Shown here in pieces: positions 59,473 to 64,000 of a stretch of DNA of 64,000 bases. The translations under genes and the position numbers were made by a program. The notes under the pieces were generated by a model that was given only the letters and a program-made list of their open reading frames with translations, ran no database searches and was not told where the DNA came from. The DNA lies in contig CAXXTH010000018.1 of assembly GCA_963668025.2 (NCBI GenBank), positions 320,001 through 384,000 of the forward strand, in the 5' to 3' direction. Position 1 is the first letter of the stretch. The number at the start of each line of letters is the position of its first letter. Source of the stretch: Candidatus Hydrogenedentota bacterium. Lineage in GTDB: Bacteria; Hydrogenedentota; Hydrogenedentia; Hydrogenedentales; SLHB01.

Positions 59473-61215
59473 CTTCAGCACTTTCCGCTTTCCGTAATGC
59501 GTATGCAGCAGCTCGTGGCTCTTATGGCCATTCGGCTCGCCGAGGTATTCATCATAAAGCCGCTTAATGGCCGTGTTGGTATGCGAGGTGCGCAACGGCT
59601 CATCGCGGTCAATCTTATACAGCGCTTGCATGCGCTCCCGAATCGTAGCAGGATTGGTCGTGAATGGCTGGCCGCCGCCGGCAATACAACCGCCGGGACA
59701 GGTCATTACTTCGATGAAGTGAAGGTCTTTCCGGCCCGCGCGCACTTCTTCGAGCAGTTTTGCCGCGTTGCCGAGGCCATTCACCACCGCGACGCCGACT
59801 TCCATGCCATTAATATTTAGATGAGCTTCTTTCACGCCATCCAGGCCGCGTACGGCTTCGACTTTGAGATCCGGCATTTCCGTTTTCGTGAGCAAGAAAT
59901 AAGCCGAACGAATGGCCGCTTCCATAACACCGCCGGTCGCACCGAACAGCTTGCCTGCCGTGCTGCGTTCGCCAAACGGCGTGTCAGCGCCTTCTGGTTT
60001 GAGTGAATGGAAGTCGATGCCGCTCATCTTGAAGACACGCGCCAATTCGCGCGTCGTCAGCACGGCGTCCACATCGGGCAGGCCTTCATGAAGCATCTCG
60101 AAGCGGCCCGCCTCGAATTTTTTAGCCGTGCAAGGCATGATCGAAACGCTGAAAATCTTCTCCGGGCTAATGCCTTGGCGTTCCGCGAAAAAGCTTTTAA
60201 TGATAGCGCCCATCATCTGCTGCGGGCTCTTGCATGTCGAGAGATTGCCAATGAACTCCGGGAAAAATTCCTCCACGTATTTAATCCAGCCCGGAGAACA
60301 ACTGGTCAGCATGGGCAGCGGCTCGTTATTCATGATGCGATGCACCAATTCCGAACCTTCTTCCATGATCGTCAGGTCGGCGGAAAATCCCGTGTCAAAG
60401 ACACGATCAAAGCCTAGCTTGCGCAAGCCCGCCGTCATCACTCCGCAGACATCCGTGCCTGGCTTAATGCCGAATTCTTCCCCTAACGTAACCGATACGC
60501 TCGGGGCGTGCTGGACGACCACGAATTTGTCTGGGTCGTGCAACGCTTCCATAACTTCCTTGATATAGCTTTTCTCGCGCAGCGCGCCGGTCGGGCAGGC
60601 CATAATACACTGGCCGCAATATACGCAGCTCGATACATTTAACCCTTCGTCGAAGGCCGTGCAGATGTGGGCATTGCTGCCGCGCCCGGCGAAATCAATC
60701 GCCGCCACGCCTTGGATCTCTTCGCACACCCGCACGCATTTGCCGCAAAGGATGCACTTGTCGGGATCGCGCACGATCGATGGGCTCGATACATCTTCCT
60801 TATAGGCATGGCGCGTGCCTTGGTAACGGCGATGGCGCACACCCAATTCAGACGCCAGGCTCTGCAGTTCGCAATCATCGCAGCGAACACAGTAAAGGCA
60901 ATCATCCGGATGATTCGCGAGCAGCAGCTCGATGATGGTCTTCCGGGCGCGCAAGGCGCGGGGCGAATGCGTACGGACCTTCATTCCTTCCGTGACTGGG
61001 CATGCGCAACTCGGCACGAGGCCGGGACGGCCTTCGAGCTCGACCACGCACATGCGGCATGCGCCGCTCGGGAACAGATTATCCATATGGCACAGCGTGG
61101 GCACGGTAATGCCCGCCCGCTTCAGCGTATCCAGGAGCATTTCGCCCGGACGCGCTTCCACTTCGCGGCCATTGGCTTCAATGGTAATCGTTTTGGCTTC
61201 TGTCGTCGCGGGCAT
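59470..61215 (-). CDS. hydA: [FeFe]-hydrogenase catalytic subunit, group A3 (HndD-like)
   Basis: TSCSPGW, MPCTAKKFE, EVMTCPGGCIAGGGQP; N-terminal 2Fe-2S and 4Fe-4S motifs. Confidence 0.95.
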   Translation of the reverse strand: MPATTEAKTITIEANGREVEARPGEMLLDTLKRAGITVPTLCHMDNLFPSGACRMCVVELEGRPGLVPSCACPVTEGMKVRTHSPRALRARKTIIELLLANHPDDCLYCVRCDDCELQSLASELGVRHRRYQGTRHAYKEDVSSPSIVRDPDKCILCGKCVRVCEEIQGVAAIDFAGRGSNAHICTAFDEGLNVSSCVYCGQCIMACPTGALREKSYIKEVMEALHDPDKFVVVQHAPSVSVTLGEEFGIKPGTDVCGVMTAGLRKLGFDRVFDTGFSADLTIMEEGSELVHRIMNNEPLPMLTSCSPGWIKYVEEFFPEFIGNLSTCKSPQQMMGAIIKSFFAERQGISPEKIFSVSIMPCTAKKFEAGRFEMLHEGLPDVDAVLTTRELARVFKMSGIDFHSLKPEGADTPFGERSTAGKLFGATGGVMEAAIRSAYFLLTKTEMPDLKVEAVRGLDGVKEAHLNINGMEVGVAVVNGLGNAAKLLEEVRAGRKDLHFIEVMTCPGGCIAGGGQPFTTNPATIRERMQALYKIDRDEPLRTSHTNTAIKRLYDEYLGEPNGHKSHELLHTHYGKRKVLK

Positions 61216-61217
61216 TG

Positions 61218-63320
61218 TCAGTCTCCCTCTTTATCCATGCGCAGCAGGCGCTTGCCGCCATGCCAGCTATCGAAGGCTCCCGAGGCGAATATGCCTTCCA
61301 CGGAGCCAGAATCATCCCGTTCGAGCGCCGCGGATGCCACGCCTACCGGCTCGAATTCCGTCAGTTTGACAGCGCCGTACCGGCATACATCGTGGCACGC
61401 GCCGCAACCAATGCACTTGTCGTCAATAATGTAATGAATCTTTTGGGGAACGCCGATGATGGCGCCTGTCGGGCATTTCGACGCGCAGGCCGTGCAACCC
61501 GTGCAGGATTCATCATCAATGGTAAAGGTGCGCAGTTCCGTGCATACGCCCGCCGGGCAGCGCCGCTCAAAGATATGGGCTTCATACTCATCGCGGAACC
61601 AGCGCAGCGTGCTCAACACGGGATTCGGAGCCGTCTGGCCCAAACCACACAAGCTCGTATCCTTAATCACATCCGCAAGGCGGTTGAGGTACATGACGCC
61701 TTGGAACCGTTCGAGGGCTTCATTGCCCTTCTCGTTTCGGCGGCCTTTCGTGATGCGCGTCAGAATCTCGAGCATGCGCAGCGTGCCTTCCCGGCAGGGA
61801 ATGCATTTGCCGCAGCTCTCACGCTGGATGAAATCCATGAAGAACCGGGCTACGTCCACCATGCAGGTGTCTTCATCCATGACGACCATGCCGCCCGAAC
61901 CCATCATAGCGCCGACCGTCTTCAGCGACTCATAATCCACTTCGATTCCAAGGTGCTGCGTGGGAATGCAGCCGCCGGAGGGGCCGCCCATCTGCACGGC
62001 TTTGAATTTCTTACCATTCGGGCAGCCGCCGCCGATCTCCATCACCACGCGCTCGACCGTCGTGCCCATGGCCACTTCGACCAGGCCCGTCAGCCTCACT
62101 TTGCCGGAAAGGGCGAATACCTTCGTGCCTTTGCTCGTGGCCGTGCCGACGGCGTTGAACCATTCCGAACCATTCAACAAAATACCCGGCACGTTAGCCA
62201 GCGTCTCGACGTTGTTGATGACCGTGGGCTTGCCAAACAGGCCTTTGACGGCCGGGAACGGTGGGCGAGGCCGCGGCATGCCGCGCTTGCCCTCGATGCT
62301 ATGGATCAGCGCCGTTTCTTCGCCGCACACGAATGCGCCCGCGCCCATCTTAATGATGATTTCCAGGCTAAAGCCGCTGTCTTGGATATTTTGGCCCAGG
62401 AATCCATGCTCCTTCGCCTGGGCGATGGCGGCCTTCAACCGTTTGATCGCCAGCGGATACTCGGCGCGGATGTAGACATACGCCTTGCTCGCGCCAATGC
62501 CATAGGCCGCGATGGCCATGCCCTCGAGGAGGCGGTGCGGGTCGCCCTCGATCACCGCGCGATCCATGAACGCGCCCGGGTCGCCTTCATCGGCGTTGCA
62601 GACCAGATATTTCTGCTCGCCTTCCGTGGCCAAAGCGAATTTCCACTTTTTGCCGGTCGGGAAGCCGCCGCCCCCACGTCCCCGCAAGCCGCTTATTTCG
62701 ACAATATTGCACACTTCAACGGGGGTATGGCTGCGCAAGGTGTCCGTCAACGCCGTATACCCGCCGCGCGCCACATATTCTTCAAGGCGGCCAGGATCAA
62801 TGATGCCGCAATTCTTGAGCACCCAGCGCGTCTGCGGCGCAAAGAAGGGATGCTCATCCATATAACGAACATGATCCCACTGCTTCACCGCCGGATTGCG
62901 GTGCTGCATGAAGGCATGCTCATAAGGCGCTGTGCCACTGAGAACCGCGTCGAAAATCTTCTTCACCTTGTCTTCGGTGACCTTTTGGAAGGTCAATCGA
63001 GTGCGCCCGGGGAGCTGGATATCCACCATGGGCTCGACGGCGCATAAGCCGATACAGCCCACTTCGATGAGATCGGCTTCGATGCGACGGCGGCCTAGAT
63101 AAGATTTGATGGCGGCAATGGTTTTCGCCGCGCCAGCGCCCAGGCCGCAGGTGCCCGCGCCTACATAAATGACTGGGTGCTCTACGTCTTCGCGGCGCAG
63201 TTCCGCCATGCGCTTCAGAGCCAGATTCTTACAAGTCTCCGGGTCATGCGACTCCGGATGCTCGACCAAGCATCCCGCCAATTCGGGACGGTAGGTGGTG
63301 TCTGTATTCTTACTCGTCAT
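61218..63320 (-). CDS. hydB: Bifurcating hydrogenase NADH/FMN subunit (NuoF-like)
   Basis: GRGGGGFPTG, NADEGDPG, CGEETAL, ESCGKC.PCR, two C-terminal 4Fe-4S. Confidence 0.93.
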   Translation of the reverse strand: MTSKNTDTTYRPELAGCLVEHPESHDPETCKNLALKRMAELRREDVEHPVIYVGAGTCGLGAGAAKTIAAIKSYLGRRRIEADLIEVGCIGLCAVEPMVDIQLPGRTRLTFQKVTEDKVKKIFDAVLSGTAPYEHAFMQHRNPAVKQWDHVRYMDEHPFFAPQTRWVLKNCGIIDPGRLEEYVARGGYTALTDTLRSHTPVEVCNIVEISGLRGRGGGGFPTGKKWKFALATEGEQKYLVCNADEGDPGAFMDRAVIEGDPHRLLEGMAIAAYGIGASKAYVYIRAEYPLAIKRLKAAIAQAKEHGFLGQNIQDSGFSLEIIIKMGAGAFVCGEETALIHSIEGKRGMPRPRPPFPAVKGLFGKPTVINNVETLANVPGILLNGSEWFNAVGTATSKGTKVFALSGKVRLTGLVEVAMGTTVERVVMEIGGGCPNGKKFKAVQMGGPSGGCIPTQHLGIEVDYESLKTVGAMMGSGGMVVMDEDTCMVDVARFFMDFIQRESCGKCIPCREGTLRMLEILTRITKGRRNEKGNEALERFQGVMYLNRLADVIKDTSLCGLGQTAPNPVLSTLRWFRDEYEAHIFERRCPAGVCTELRTFTIDDESCTGCTACASKCPTGAIIGVPQKIHYIIDDKCIGCGACHDVCRYGAVKLTEFEPVGVASAALERDDSGSVEGIFASGAFDSWHGGKRLLRMDKEGD

Positions 63321-63825
63321 CTTCTTCGGCCCTTTCGCGGTATTCCTCGATGAGGTTGCGCGCACTGTTAGTGGTCATATTGGCGTAGAACTCGCCATTC
63401 ACACAGATAACCGGCGCCAGCCCGCATGCCCCAATGCACGCCACCACTTCGAGGCTAAAAGACCCGTCGCGGCTGGTCTGGCCCGGCTCGATTTTCAATT
63501 CATGCTTGATGGCGTCAAGCACGGACGCGGAACCTTTCACATGGCAGGCCGTGCCCCGGCACACCTGGACGTGATATTTGCCCAAAGGCTGGAACCGGAA
63601 CTGGTTGTAAAACGTCGCCACCCCGTAAATCTTGCTGGTGGGCAGCTTCAGATGCGCACCGATGCGCACGATGGCATCGCGTGAAAGGTACCCATGCTTC
63701 TCTTGCACCTCTTGAAGAATCGGGATGAGCGCGTCCCTCTTGGCCCCGGGATGGGCGTCGAGTATTTCGTCCACATCCGTGCGCACTATGCCGCTCGTGC
63801 ATTTCTCTTCCGAACATGTCGTCAT
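63310..63825 (-). CDS. hydC: Bifurcating hydrogenase 2Fe-2S subunit (NuoE-like)
   Basis: GVATFY, CRGTAC, CIGACGLAP. Confidence 0.93.
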   Translation of the reverse strand: MTTCSEEKCTSGIVRTDVDEILDAHPGAKRDALIPILQEVQEKHGYLSRDAIVRIGAHLKLPTSKIYGVATFYNQFRFQPLGKYHVQVCRGTACHVKGSASVLDAIKHELKIEPGQTSRDGSFSLEVVACIGACGLAPVICVNGEFYANMTTNSARNLIEEYRERAEEDDE

Positions 63826-63833
63826 CGTTTTGG

Positions 63834-64000
63834 TTATCCTGTCACCTTGGCCCTGGCCCCTTCACGGGAAAAATACACCACCCGCTCCAGTGTCATGGCC
63901 ATATCCACGTTTTCCACGTAAACGCCCTTCGGCACCCATAACCGAAGAGGCGCGAAATTAACTATGCCTCGAATGCCTGCCTCGCACAGAAGGTTGGCCG
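63834..64000 (-). CDS. rex: Redox-sensing repressor Rex, 3' end (partial)
   Basis: Manual translation ...EAGIRGIVNFAPLRLWVPKGVYVENVDMAMTLERVVYF..TG*; not in the ORF track. Confidence 0.85.
   Translation of the reverse strand, partial: ANLLCEAGIRGIVNFAPLRLWVPKGVYVENVDMAMTLERVVYFSREGARAKVTG

Noticed and set aside
61215-63047. 610-aa minus-strand ORF overlapping hydB
   Set aside because: Alternative-frame shadow of the well-supported NuoF-like gene

Overview
Bacterial chromosomal window of mostly 55-60% GC (estimated by eye). Gene content (DUF4838 paralogs, DUF4190/H-X9-DG-like protein, IPTL-like sorting signal, sulfatase, UroD-like protein) suggests Hydrogenedentota or a PVC-like anaerobe; this is inference only. 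Left third: an N4C restriction-modification pair embedded in a PspA/IM30 operon, sigma54-driven amtB with a MITE just upstream, IS200 plus a deleted copy, tRNA-Asp, a three-tier nest of IS elements whose order can be read from target duplications, and an anti-phage dCTP deaminase split by an IS. Middle: flgM (sigma28 promoter), Fe-ADH, a PAS-PAS-PP2C phosphatase with a structured leader, rhaA, a sigma54/enhancer-driven type IV pilin, a REP-bounded duplication, murJ-lnt and carbohydrate genes. Right end: a rex-hydCBA bifurcating [FeFe]-hydrogenase operon continuing into a histidine-kinase-fused sensory hydrogenase and two response regulators. Most striking feature: a 446-bp cassette between hydA and the sensor, carrying a four-helix-bundle gene bracketed by 33-nt inverted telomere-like (TAGGGTY) arms, whose exact removal restores a GTGA stop/start overlap. 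No CRISPR, rRNA, integrase or reverse transcriptase was seen. All family assignments are from motif recognition, not database searches.
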